64,000 nucleotides of DNA. Origin: an uncultured bacterium (lineage in GTDB: Bacteria > Cyanobacteriota > Vampirovibrionia > Gastranaerophilales > Gastranaerophilaceae). The DNA lies in assembly GCA_902792085.1 (NCBI GenBank), contig CADAYE010000002.1, positions 2,713-66,712 on the forward strand. Reading direction: 5' to 3'. Made by a program: the position numbers and the translations under genes. The notes beneath the pieces were generated by a model, which was given only the letters and a program-made list of their open reading frames with translations, did not search any database and had not been told where the DNA came from. How positions within the stretch are numbered: position 1 is the stretch's first letter; each line of letters starts with the position of its first letter. Positions 8,613-19,000 of the stretch are shown in pieces.

Positions 8613-8812
8613 TGTGTTATCTCCTTTCTTGTTTTACTTTAAGCACTCTTATATATTTATTTAAAAAATTATAAAATATATAAATTTTATATAATTTATA
8701 TATTGTTACATAAGTTTACAAAATATATTTAATATTAAATTACATTCATTTAAAGGATTTAAAATAAGATTAAATTGTACTAAAATGGGTTTATAATAAG
8801 AGGATTATATTA

Positions 8813-9472
8813 ATGAAGAAAGAACTGATATTTTTAGGACCTCCTGCATGCGGAAAAGGTACACAAACTTCAAAACTTGCAAAGCATTTTGGTTTCCCGC
8901 ATATTGATACGGGTTCATTATTGAGAGCAGAAATTGCCGCTGAAACTGAAAATGGTAAAATAGCAAAGTCATTTATAGATAAAGGACATCTTGTTCCTGT
9001 TGAACTTGTCGGTTCAATCATTAAAAACAGATTGTCTCAGGATGACTGTAAAAACGGGTATATTCTTGACGGGTATCCAAGAAGTGTTGAACAGGCAGAT
9101 CTTTTAACTAAAATTAATGATGAAATTGATGGAACAAATCCTTCTGATTTTAGAGCGATATATTTTGATACAGATACTGATATTTTGATTTCAAGAATTG
9201 TTAATCGTCGTTCTTGCCCAAAATGCGGTGAAATTTATAATTTAAAATTTAAACCGCCTAAAAACGAAAATACATGTGATCATTGCGGATGCGAGTTGAC
9301 TCAAAGAAAAGATGATAATGAGCAAACCGCAAAAGCAAGATTTGAAACATATTATAGTGAAACTGCACCATTGATTGAATATTATAAGGATAAAAATGCT
9401 TTAAAGAGTATCAATGCGCAGGGAACAATTGATGAAGTGTGGGAAAGACTTTTAGAAGCTGTAAAGGATTAA
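8813..9472 (+). CDS. adk: Adenylate kinase with Cys4 zinc lid
   Basis: P-loop GPPACGKGTQ. Lid CPKCG...CDHCGC. Confidence 0.95.
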   Translation: MKKELIFLGPPACGKGTQTSKLAKHFGFPHIDTGSLLRAEIAAETENGKIAKSFIDKGHLVPVELVGSIIKNRLSQDDCKNGYILDGYPRSVEQADLLTKINDEIDGTNPSDFRAIYFDTDTDILISRIVNRRSCPKCGEIYNLKFKPPKNENTCDHCGCELTQRKDDNEQTAKARFETYYSETAPLIEYYKDKNALKSINAQGTIDEVWERLLEAVKD

Positions 9473-9478
9473 TATATT

Positions 9479-10264
9479 ATGGTAAATATGCTTGAAAAAG
9501 TTGATATACATATTACTGATCATTGCAATCTGAATTGTAAGGGATGTACACATTTTTCTCCGTTAGCGGAAGAATTTTATCTTAATCCCGTCAATTTTCG
9601 GGCAGATTTGGCAAGACTTGCGGCATTAACAGGTGCGCAGTTGGGGCAGATGTTTTTATTAGGCGGAGAACCGCTTTTACATCCGCATTTGACAGAATTT
9701 TTCCCAATAGCAAGAGAACTTTTCCCAAATACTCAAATAATCATTATAACCAATGGAATACTTTTACCCGACCAGCCTGACAGTTTTTGGGAAGCATGTA
9801 AAAAAAGTGATATAAGGATTTGGGTTTCGCTTTACAGATTGAAAATTGACTACGCAACAATTGATGCAAGAGCAAAACAATTTGGGGTATTTTGCGGATA
9901 CACCGGAACAAAAACTAACAAGGAAAACGAAAAAAACTGGGGTAATTGGAAACTCGATTTGGAAGGTAAACAGTTTTGGGCGGACTCATTTTCATACTGC
10001 CAAATAAAAAACTGTGTAACCCTAAAAAAAGGCAAATTGTATACCTGCCCTACAATTGCCCATATTGAACATTTTAACAAGTATTTCGGAACAAATCTTG
10101 AGGTCAGCGAATTTGATTATCTTGATATTTACAGAGCGAGAAATCATGAGGCTGTGCTTAAAACTATGGTAAAACCTGTACCGTTTTGCAGATATTGTAA
10201 AACAAGAGAATTCAAGCCATGCACCTGGGAACCGACCAAAAAAGATATTAATGAGTGGATTTAA
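9479..10264 (+). CDS. Radical SAM protein
   Basis: CNLNCKGC is a CX3CX2C cluster motif near the N-terminus. Additional C-terminal Cys residues. Substrate unknown. Confidence 0.75.
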   Translation: MVNMLEKVDIHITDHCNLNCKGCTHFSPLAEEFYLNPVNFRADLARLAALTGAQLGQMFLLGGEPLLHPHLTEFFPIARELFPNTQIIIITNGILLPDQPDSFWEACKKSDIRIWVSLYRLKIDYATIDARAKQFGVFCGYTGTKTNKENEKNWGNWKLDLEGKQFWADSFSYCQIKNCVTLKKGKLYTCPTIAHIEHFNKYFGTNLEVSEFDYLDIYRARNHEAVLKTMVKPVPFCRYCKTREFKPCTWEPTKKDINEWI

Positions 10265-12813
10265 GCGACTTTCTTAACTTTATCTGCTTTTTGAACTTTA
10301 GATTTGTCGTTAAGAATATACATATAAATTCCTGAGCCAATGGCAAGCATTGCAAGAGCAAAACCGAGTACAACTTTTGCAGGTCTTGATTTGGTATTTT
10401 TAACTGCAAATTCAAGATTATCTTTTATTTTGCCCCATGAACCGACAAGTTTGTGCATTTTACCCTTAAATCTGCCTTTCCATCCTTTATCAGATTCAAA
10501 AATCGTATCAAGGTAGCGTCTGTTTGCACTTTTACCTCCGTTATAAGCACTGTTGTTATGCCAATCAACTTTTTCTTCAAGGTTTTTACGACACATTTCA
10601 ACATAGCCTTCGTGGTCATTTGTATAGAGTTCAATCATTCGTTTATAATTATCGCTGACCTGCGGAATTTGATGTTCAATTCTTGCTTTTTCAAGTTTTT
10701 CAGGTGAATCGGCATAAGATAATCCGTATTTTTCCGGTTTACCCATTACTACATCTTTTGTTGTAAACCCGTTTACTCCGTCTTTTGTATAGTCTAAGAA
10801 ACCGCCGGTTGCTGTGACACTTGACGGTGAGCCGGCCGCTTTTGCCTCGATAGGTGTGATACCAAACATTTCATATTCAGAAGTATAACCTCCAAAATGA
10901 GTACAAGCATTTAATCTGTTTGGCGTAAATCCATCAATATATGCAAAATTGTGTTTATATATTCCTCCGTCAAGTTCGCAAATTTCTTTCCAATCTTTTT
11001 CTATTGCCTGATAGTGCGGATGTCCTTCATTCCATTTGCCTGCACCAAAAAGGAACTTGACTTTCAGTTTCATTTCCTTAGGAATATCTGTGCGTTTGAA
11101 AAAGTGCAGTGCTGAACCCGTTGAAATAGGAAAGCCTTTTTGTGTATCAGGACGCCCAAGACCAAAGATTATTATTTCTCCATCTTTTAACGGGGACAAA
11201 TAACCCATAACTTTTTGCCCTGATTCAATTTGGTCTTTATTGAAAAACAGTTTGTTTAATGAATCTTGTCCTTTTTGTCCTGCTTTCCACATAAGTTTTG
11301 TAAGCCAACGTGCATTTTTTTCTTTTGCTTTTAAAACTTCTTCAACATTTGTTCCGTCATATTTAAACGGAGTGAACCCTTTTGTGCTTTCAGGTTTTGA
11401 TAATCCGTTATCTCCACGCCCAAATTGAGCATCCCGTTCATCAAAACGTAAATTTGCAATGGTTACACCGTTTGCAACAGGTTTTGTCGGTATGCTTGCG
11501 TAATCTGCTGTTAAACCTTTTGCGGCATCAGGAGTTTCCATACTTTTCATTTCGGAATCAAAATGCCAAGAAACAGAACCTAAAGAGAAGTTTTTAGGAT
11601 TTCTTTTTACTCCGACTATACCGACTTTTGTAATATTGTATCCGCCGAAATAATCTTTGAACGGTTCGACATAAGGTTCAATGACGGATTTTGCAATTTG
11701 TTTTTCTATATCAGAAAGAGCAGGAGAATCAAGTCCGCCGTTGTAGTATGCTTTTGCAACAACAGAATACTGAGGATGTTTTTTTAATGCTTCAATATCC
11801 TTTTCGTTTCCGACAACAGAAATCATTTGGAACGGATTATATGTTCTGCCCTGATAGTCAAAACTCGGGTTATGTTCTACTTTGTGCGCTTTCATCCCAT
11901 TAACTTCTTTATTGCCGTTTGCTGACATATTGGCAAGATGTACCATAAATGTTGTTGCAGGTCTGTCGTGCGCTACAAAACTTGCCGGTTTATAATATCC
12001 GAATTCATCAGTATCCATTTGGGTTGCAAGAATTTTTGCAAGTGCTCTCATTCCGTTTGAATTAACAATTTCCGAATCAAATGATGCATTGCCAAAACAG
12101 TCATAAGAATATGGCTTTGCTGTTTTTGCCCATTCGGGGGTATATATAAAATAATTATGTCCCTTATTTGCAAATTTAACATAAGACGGGTTATTTTCAG
12201 ATAACTTAAATACCTGATAAGGAACCTGTTCAATTTCGCCAAAATTTACAGATGATGGAAATTCAATAAAACCCTTTGCTCCTGTCGGTTCTATAATATT
12301 ATATTTTGATAATGCTTCGGGACTATTTCCGTTTGGTTTACTCTGAACAACATAGTCTATACATTCCGGGTCTATTTTTAAAATACGGGCAATATCTTCT
12401 TTTGTCTGCCCGATTTCTCCTGATACAAACAATTTTGCGGGCATAGTATCAGGTAAATCTTCAGTTCTTATTCCTTTATGAATAAGGAATTTATGTCCGC
12501 CTTTTGGATTTGAGTGGTTCCATATAGGAAAAAATTTACGGTCGTCAACAGGTTTTCCGTTTACTTTTTCGTATTTATTAAGACTCTCTCCAAGTTCAAA
12601 ACCTACTACGCCTTCTCCTCCCTGTGCCATTTCTGAAAGTCCTGTTCCGGTACATTCAGGGGTAAATTCCGCTATCTGATTAATATTACGGTGTCCAAAA
12701 CTTATTTGATATATATTACTCTTTGTCTGAATCAATTTCGCATTTTTGGTATGCGAAGTAAATGCAGTGTCTTTCAGACCTGAACCATATCCGTTAATAG
12801 AATAAATTTGCAT
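10261..12813 (-). CDS. Large glycogen/starch-synthase-like GT-B glycosyltransferase with C-terminal TM anchor
   Basis: TSEYEMFGITPIEAKAAGSPSSVTATGGFLDY aligns with [32 protein letters not shown] of the GlgA encoded at 19576. C-terminal TM segment VVLGFALAMLAIGSGIYMYIL. Confidence 0.6.
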   Translation of the reverse strand: MQIYSINGYGSGLKDTAFTSHTKNAKLIQTKSNIYQISFGHRNINQIAEFTPECTGTGLSEMAQGGEGVVGFELGESLNKYEKVNGKPVDDRKFFPIWNHSNPKGGHKFLIHKGIRTEDLPDTMPAKLFVSGEIGQTKEDIARILKIDPECIDYVVQSKPNGNSPEALSKYNIIEPTGAKGFIEFPSSVNFGEIEQVPYQVFKLSENNPSYVKFANKGHNYFIYTPEWAKTAKPYSYDCFGNASFDSEIVNSNGMRALAKILATQMDTDEFGYYKPASFVAHDRPATTFMVHLANMSANGNKEVNGMKAHKVEHNPSFDYQGRTYNPFQMISVVGNEKDIEALKKHPQYSVVAKAYYNGGLDSPALSDIEKQIAKSVIEPYVEPFKDYFGGYNITKVGIVGVKRNPKNFSLGSVSWHFDSEMKSMETPDAAKGLTADYASIPTKPVANGVTIANLRFDERDAQFGRGDNGLSKPESTKGFTPFKYDGTNVEEVLKAKEKNARWLTKLMWKAGQKGQDSLNKLFFNKDQIESGQKVMGYLSPLKDGEIIIFGLGRPDTQKGFPISTGSALHFFKRTDIPKEMKLKVKFLFGAGKWNEGHPHYQAIEKDWKEICELDGGIYKHNFAYIDGFTPNRLNACTHFGGYTSEYEMFGITPIEAKAAGSPSSVTATGGFLDYTKDGVNGFTTKDVVMGKPEKYGLSYADSPEKLEKARIEHQIPQVSDNYKRMIELYTNDHEGYVEMCRKNLEEKVDWHNNSAYNGGKSANRRYLDTIFESDKGWKGRFKGKMHKLVGSWGKIKDNLEFAVKNTKSRPAKVVLGFALAMLAIGSGIYMYILNDKSKVQKADKVKKVA

Positions 12814-12908
12814 ATATGTACCCCTTGTTTCAAAACCGTTATAATTACAAAAAACTTAAAATAAAAATTTGCTACTTAAAGCAGAAAACATTAAGAAATA
12901 TTAATATA

Positions 12909-12933
12909 CAAAGGGCGAATTATTCGCCCTTTG
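12909..12933 (-). terminator. Hairpin enclosing the clpC stop codon
   Basis: CAAAGGGCGAA-tta-TTCGCCCTTTG, an 11-bp stem whose loop is the stop codon. The downstream U-tract is weak. Confidence 0.45.
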
Positions 12934-15475
12934 CAATATAATCGTCCATCGTTTCTTCAACGATTTCAATAGGTTTTTCTTCTACGGCTTTTTCTTTCTT
13001 TGCTGTGCGTTTTTTAGGTGCTTTTTCAAAGGTAATTTTGCCGTCAGTCAAAGTGAGTCTTATGGTATCTCCCGGAGCATATTTACCCGAAAGAATTTCT
13101 TCCGCAAGGCTGTCTTCAACTTTGCGCTGAATTAGTCGTCTTAAAGGTCTTGCACCGTATGCCTCAGAATATCCGTTATCAGCCAAATGATCTTTAACTT
13201 CGTCTGTTACATCAATATTGAGCTCTTTTTCACTAAGACGCTTTCTTAAATCTTTCATCATCAAATCGACAATCTGTCTGATTTCAGGTTTTGAAAGATG
13301 CGCAAATACGATTGTTTCATCAATACGGTTAAGAAATTCAGGTCTGAATGCCTTTTTCATTTCTTCTGAAACTGTATCTTTTAAATGTTCGTATTTATCT
13401 TTTGAGTCATCTTCTGCAGTTGAGAAACCGAGTTTTGATTTGTTTGCAATCATACTTGCACCGACATTTGATGTCATGATGATTACAGTATTTTTGAAAC
13501 TGATATGACGTCCTTTAGAATCCGTCAGACGACCGTCATCGAGTATTTGTAACATGACATTAAATACATCAGGATGTGCTTTTTCGATTTCATCAAATAA
13601 TACAACAGAATAAGGTTTTTTTCTTACAAGTTCTGCCATATTACCGCCGTCATCATATCCGACATACCCCGGTGGGGAACCTATAAGTTTTGCCGTTGAA
13701 TGTTTTTCCATAAATTCTGACATATCAACTCTTATCATGTTGTCTTCAGAACCAAACATTGCCTCTGCAAGTGCTTTTGCAAGTTCTGTTTTACCTACAC
13801 CTGTAGGGCCACAGAAGATGAAACTTCCGATTGGTCTGTTCGGTGCTTTCAATCCGACTCTTGCGCGTCTTATTGCTTTTGAAATTGCAACAATAGCATC
13901 ATGCTGACCGATTACTCTTTCGTGTAGTGTATCTTCAAGGCGCATAAGTCTTTCACTTTCGCCTTCTGTTAATTTCGTCACAGGAACACCTGTCATCATT
14001 GCTACAACCTGAGCAACATCTTCAGCTTGAACTGTTGCTTTGTTAACTTCATTTTCAGATTTCCATTTATCGGTTACTTCTCTGATATGATCCTTTAAAT
14101 TCGCCTCATCTTCTCGAAGTTGAGATGCTTCTTCAAATTCCTGATTTCTTATTGCTTCTTCTTTTTGCTTAATCAGGTCTTTTAATTGTTTTTCAAGTTC
14201 TTTTGCTTCCGGACACATTTTTGATGCCTTCAATCTGACTTTAGAACTTGCTTCATCTATAACATCAATTGCTTTATCAGGCAAAAATCTGTCATTTACA
14301 TATTTGCTTGAAAGCTTTACTGCCGCAACAATTGCATCATCTGAAATATTCAACTGGTGGTGTTCTTCATATTTAGGTTTCAAACCTCTGATAATTTCAA
14401 TTGATTCTTCAATAGACGGTTCGTCAATCTGAACAGGCTGAAATCTTCTTTCAAGCGCAGAATCTTTTTCAATATATTTTCTGTATTCGTCAGATGTTGT
14501 TGCTCCGATAACCTGAATTTCGCCTCTTGAAAGTGCAGGTTTTAAAATATTTGCGGCATCAATTGCTCCTTCTGCCGCACCTGCACCTATCAATGTGTGC
14601 ATTTCGTCAATTACAAGAATAACATTTCCTGCCTGACGAATCTCGTCCATAATTTTTTTCAATCGTTCTTCAAATTCCCCACGATATTTTGTACCGGCAA
14701 CAAGTAACCCCATATCTAACTGAATGATTTTTTTACCGTCTAAAATATCCGGTACTTCAGAATTAACTATTCTGATTGCAAGACCTTCTGCTACAGCAGT
14801 TTTACCAACCCCCGGTTCCCCAAGTAAAACCGGATTGTTTTTTGTTCTTCTTGCAAGAATTTGAATAACTCTTTCAATTTCTTTTTCTCTACCGACAACA
14901 GGGTCTAAACGTAGTTCCTGCGCCGCAAGGGTCAAATCTCTGCCAAATTCGTCAAGACTTGGGGTTTTTGCTTTACTTGATGAACTTGAAGAAGATGATG
15001 ACGAAGAAGATGATGATGCACCTGAAGATGCTGTCGGTTTAGACTCGCCAAGCATCTTGATTACATTACTTCTTACTTTATTAAGATCCACTCCGAGTTC
15101 TTCAAGAACTCTTGCCGCAACCCCTTCACCCTCTCTGACAAGTCCGAGTAAAAGGTGTTCTGTTCCTATATAATTGTGACCTAACTGTCTTGCTTCATCC
15201 CAAGATAATTCCAAAACTCTTTTTGCTCTTGGTGTAAAAGGAATTTCAACCGCAACAAAACCGGAACCTCTCCCTATAATTTTTTCAACTTCGGTCCTTG
15301 CATCTTTGAGGTTTACCCCCATTGATTTAAGGGTCTTTGCGGCTACACCTGTTCCTTCACCGATTAAACCTAACAAAACCTGTTCTGTGCCGACAAAGTT
15401 GTGACCTAATCTGCGGGCTTCCTCCTGTGCAAGCATTATGACTTTTATTGCTTTTTCCGTAAAACGTTCGAACAT
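12920..15475 (-). CDS. clpC: ATP-dependent Clp protease ATP-binding subunit ClpC
   Basis: Duplicated Clp_N repeats, two Walker A motifs (GEPGVGKT and GPTGVGKT), UVR-like [11 protein letters not shown], and a poly-Ser linker. Confidence 0.95.
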   Translation of the reverse strand: MFERFTEKAIKVIMLAQEEARRLGHNFVGTEQVLLGLIGEGTGVAAKTLKSMGVNLKDARTEVEKIIGRGSGFVAVEIPFTPRAKRVLELSWDEARQLGHNYIGTEHLLLGLVREGEGVAARVLEELGVDLNKVRSNVIKMLGESKPTASSGASSSSSSSSSSSSSSKAKTPSLDEFGRDLTLAAQELRLDPVVGREKEIERVIQILARRTKNNPVLLGEPGVGKTAVAEGLAIRIVNSEVPDILDGKKIIQLDMGLLVAGTKYRGEFEERLKKIMDEIRQAGNVILVIDEMHTLIGAGAAEGAIDAANILKPALSRGEIQVIGATTSDEYRKYIEKDSALERRFQPVQIDEPSIEESIEIIRGLKPKYEEHHQLNISDDAIVAAVKLSSKYVNDRFLPDKAIDVIDEASSKVRLKASKMCPEAKELEKQLKDLIKQKEEAIRNQEFEEASQLREDEANLKDHIREVTDKWKSENEVNKATVQAEDVAQVVAMMTGVPVTKLTEGESERLMRLEDTLHERVIGQHDAIVAISKAIRRARVGLKAPNRPIGSFIFCGPTGVGKTELAKALAEAMFGSEDNMIRVDMSEFMEKHSTAKLIGSPPGYVGYDDGGNMAELVRKKPYSVVLFDEIEKAHPDVFNVMLQILDDGRLTDSKGRHISFKNTVIIMTSNVGASMIANKSKLGFSTAEDDSKDKYEHLKDTVSEEMKKAFRPEFLNRIDETIVFAHLSKPEIRQIVDLMMKDLRKRLSEKELNIDVTDEVKDHLADNGYSEAYGARPLRRLIQRKVEDSLAEEILSGKYAPGDTIRLTLTDGKITFEKAPKKRTAKKEKAVEEKPIEIVEETMDDYIAKGE

Positions 15476-15573
15476 TTTGCACTCCTATCTCTTCTTATGA
15501 AAAAATTATACACGAAAAGAATAAAAGTTTCAATAAAAATTATATAATTTAGACACTTAATATGATTTTTTAT

Positions 15574-15888
15574 TTATAACCCCAAATCTTTTAAAAATTC
15601 TTCATTATTTGCTAAATCAAAAAGCAAATCATATTCGTCAAGTTCTTTTTCTTTAACAAGTTCGTTATGGCTGAAATCATCAGGGTTTGAAAGGGCAAGT
15701 TTTGTAAATTTTTTAATATCGGTTCTTTTTTGATACAAATTCAGCGCGCGTTCAGACAGAGATTTTAACAGATTTTTGCATTCAGTTTGTTTGGCTTCAT
15801 CTAATGGTGAAGTCACAAAACCATCGTATTTTTGCAAACTTTTTAAATTCAGTTGTCCTACAATTTTCTTTAGCATATATTTACTCAT
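15574..15888 (-). CDS. Hypothetical 104-aa protein
   Basis: ORF in track. TATAAT (complement of 15894-15899) lies 5 nt before the ATG and there is no SD. Confidence 0.45.
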   Translation of the reverse strand: MSKYMLKKIVGQLNLKSLQKYDGFVTSPLDEAKQTECKNLLKSLSERALNLYQKRTDIKKFTKLALSNPDDFSHNELVKEKELDEYDLLFDLANNEEFLKDLGL

Positions 15889-16011
15889 CCCTAATTATAA
15901 AGATATTATAATGTTTTTTTTTAATAATGCAAATAGGTTAAGCGGTAAAAAAAATCGTCGAATTAGTCAATAATCATTTACTATTTTTTTATAATATGCT
16001 ATAATCTCGTT

Positions 16012-19000
16012 ATGGAATGTCCAAAATGCGGAGCAGAAATTGATAAAAGCGCAATGGTTTGCCCTAACTGTAAGAAGGTGCTAAAAATCGTTTGCCCTGT
16101 CTGTCGAACCGTTAACGAAAAAAACATATGTAAGAAGTGTGGAGAAGTTCTGGTTGTAAAATGCTCAAACTGCGGCAAAATCAACATGATGAAAAACCAG
16201 AAGTGTATCAAGTGCGGTCATTCGACAGAAATTAGTGCTATACAGGCGGAGTCTAACGCAGATACTTTTGCTGTTGTTAAAATTGAATTTCCAAATTATG
16301 ATGTGATAAAAACAGCATTGGGTTCAAATCAACTGTTTACAAAGTTTAAAGCAAATATTGACAAAATGATTAACGGCTTTGCATTAAGCCATAGTATAAG
16401 GCGACAAATTGTCAAAAACGGAATTTATCTTTTGCGTTTTAATAAAGCATATACAATGTCATCTTCTGCAAATTCAGCAATAGAAGGTGTTATAGAACTT
16501 GCTAAACAGATTACGCGTCTAAATGTAAAACTTATTAACAAGAAAAATATATTTTTAAAGACTAATTTTACAATAATGAAGCGTGATGCAGATAAAGATC
16601 CTTATGATATTGAAACAGGATTTCAGGCAAATATGCTTAACCAAAGCAATGACAAGTCTGCCAGAGCGTTAGAATCGTGTCAAGTTACGACTGATGATGA
16701 TTTTGAAGAATTTTATTCAAAAACCTACAAGATGGAATCTTTGGATTCGGCTTTAGTCAATGGCAGAATGAAAAGATTTTTTGAAATTAATATAAAAGAA
16801 TTTATTCCTATTGATGATTATGTAAAAGAAGCAATGGCAGAGGAAGAAGAAGCAAATCCTGAAGTCCCGAATTTTGTAAATGAAGGTATGCTTGCCCAGG
16901 ATAAAATTGTTGAAAGAACAATAGAAGAAGTAAATGAAATTGCCGGAGAAGATTTATACAGCGTAGAATTAATCAATTTTGATGAAATAAACTGTGCATT
17001 TTATACAACAGAAAATGTAAAAGTTTTGGATAATATTACGGAAGTATTGCAGGAGGTTCCCAAAGGTATTATTGGTATAAAAGGTTCAAACATGTACCAG
17101 CCTTATACAATCAGTGTTCTCGCGAATGTTAGTCAGTTGGGTTTATACCAAAATATTATACCCATCACTTGTCATGATAATATGAAATACTCTCCGTATT
17201 CATTCTTCAGGGAATTGGTCTCATCAATATTTGATTTTACGGTTTCTCAAAAATTGTTTAATACAAATGATTTTTCATCATTTTCTGCATTTGATTCCGG
17301 TAATTTGCTTAAAGATTTGATTAATCTTAAACAGAGGGGGATGGATAATCTTGAGGACACAAGACAAAAGTATTTTGAGGTATTTTTGTCATTATTGCAA
17401 TCTATTCCTGAAACTTTGATTTATGTTGAGAATTTTGAGAAAATTGATTCAAGTTCAATGTTTGTTTTGGGCTTGTTGTTTGACCATTTTGAAGAAATGA
17501 AAATCAGTTGTATTTTGTCTTATGACAAGGAGTTTTCACTTCACAAATACAATCATTTCTTATTATCAAGACCTTATTATACTGAAATTACCCTTATTCC
17601 GACTACTTTTGAAAACATTGTCGAAGCAGGCGGGGATTATTATTCAAATATTAAAAACGATTTCTTCTTCAAGCGTATTTCAAAATATGCTGCAGGAAGT
17701 ACTTTGTTTATAGATTATGCAATTCAGTACCTTATCGAGTCGGAAGTTTATACTTTTGAAAATGAAAAAATTGAACTTTTGAATGCTAAAACAACAATGA
17801 TTCCTTCAAGTCTGAAACTTATGATGCAGAGAAGATTAAATCTTATGAAAGATGATGAAAATTCTCTCAAACTTCTTTCAATGTGTGCTTTGTTGGGCCC
17901 AAGAGTTGATTCAAGAACTGCGGAATCTTTGGGCATTGAAGGTTGGAGGACATTGGCAGAAGAACTTTCAAAAAGAGGATTTTTGTATTTCTACAATGAC
18001 AGTATATATTTCCCGAATTACAATATTTTGCGTGAAAATATACTTAAAATTTATGATAAAGATAAGATTAAAGAATTGGCTTCAGAACTTTTTGAAAAAG
18101 TCTTTACCGAGCAAATGCCTGCGCCTGAAAAGGCTTCTATGTACTCCGTTTTAGGGGAACACCAAAAAGTTATATCAGAATGGGAAAATCTTGCAAATTT
18201 AGATTTATCAATGGGTGATTTTTCTGCGTATCTGAACTGCTCCGGGCAACTTATCAAGGCACTTGATAAAAATGCAAAAGACTGGTCTAAAGAAGAACTT
18301 GCATCTTATAAATCTACAATCTATGAAAATATTGCAAACAATATGTTTGAATACGACCCTGAACAGACAAGAGAAATTGCCGATAAAACACTTGAGGATT
18401 TGCAAAAATCACAGGACAAAGACAATTTTACCGATTTGTGTACGAAAATGATTCAGGGAGCATTAAACCACGGAGAATATCTTTATGCTTTAGGCTTGAC
18501 TCATAAAATTTTGACCGCAATGAACGATGCTTCAATTGACCCGTCTGCAAAGAATTTTGATTTGAAATTTTTACTGATGTCTATTGTTCATATCAAGATA
18601 TTGTTTGGTATTGGGGCATTCAACGATTGTATTGATATAGGTTATAATGTTTTCAATGCTTTGGAATCTTCAAAACTTGATTCAATTGAATACACCCTTA
18701 TTTCAAAAGAGGATTTAAAATACCTTTTATCAGAAGCGATTGCCTATGTCGCACTATCTGATATATTGACTTTGAGAGAAGATGTAAATGAACTTCTCTC
18801 TATTGTAAATAAACTCTATGACTTTGTTCCGAAAGAATACAATATATTTGTCAAATTACAGGATTTGATAAAGGGAAATGAAGTTTCGGTAACAGACAGC
18901 GATAAAGGTAAAAATCCGTTTACCGAAATTGTTTACCATATAATCAAAACTTTTACTCAGCATAAAGATAATCCTAAGGAGATGGCAAAAGAAATTTATA

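Noticed and set aside
8640-8812. AT-only near-palindromes (TATAAAATATATAAATTTTATATAATTTATATA) between the 420-aa gene and adk
   Set aside because: This is a pure A/T low-complexity divergent promoter region. Such quasi-palindromes are expected by chance and I could not define exact arms.
13218-13508. Antisense or embedded ORFs of 60-160 aa inside clpC, glgA, atpD, the cyclase gene, the MFS gene, mutS2 and others (many entries in the track)
   Set aside because: All lie opposite or out of frame within strongly supported conserved genes. Their compositions are typical of antisense translation of AT-rich coding DNA.
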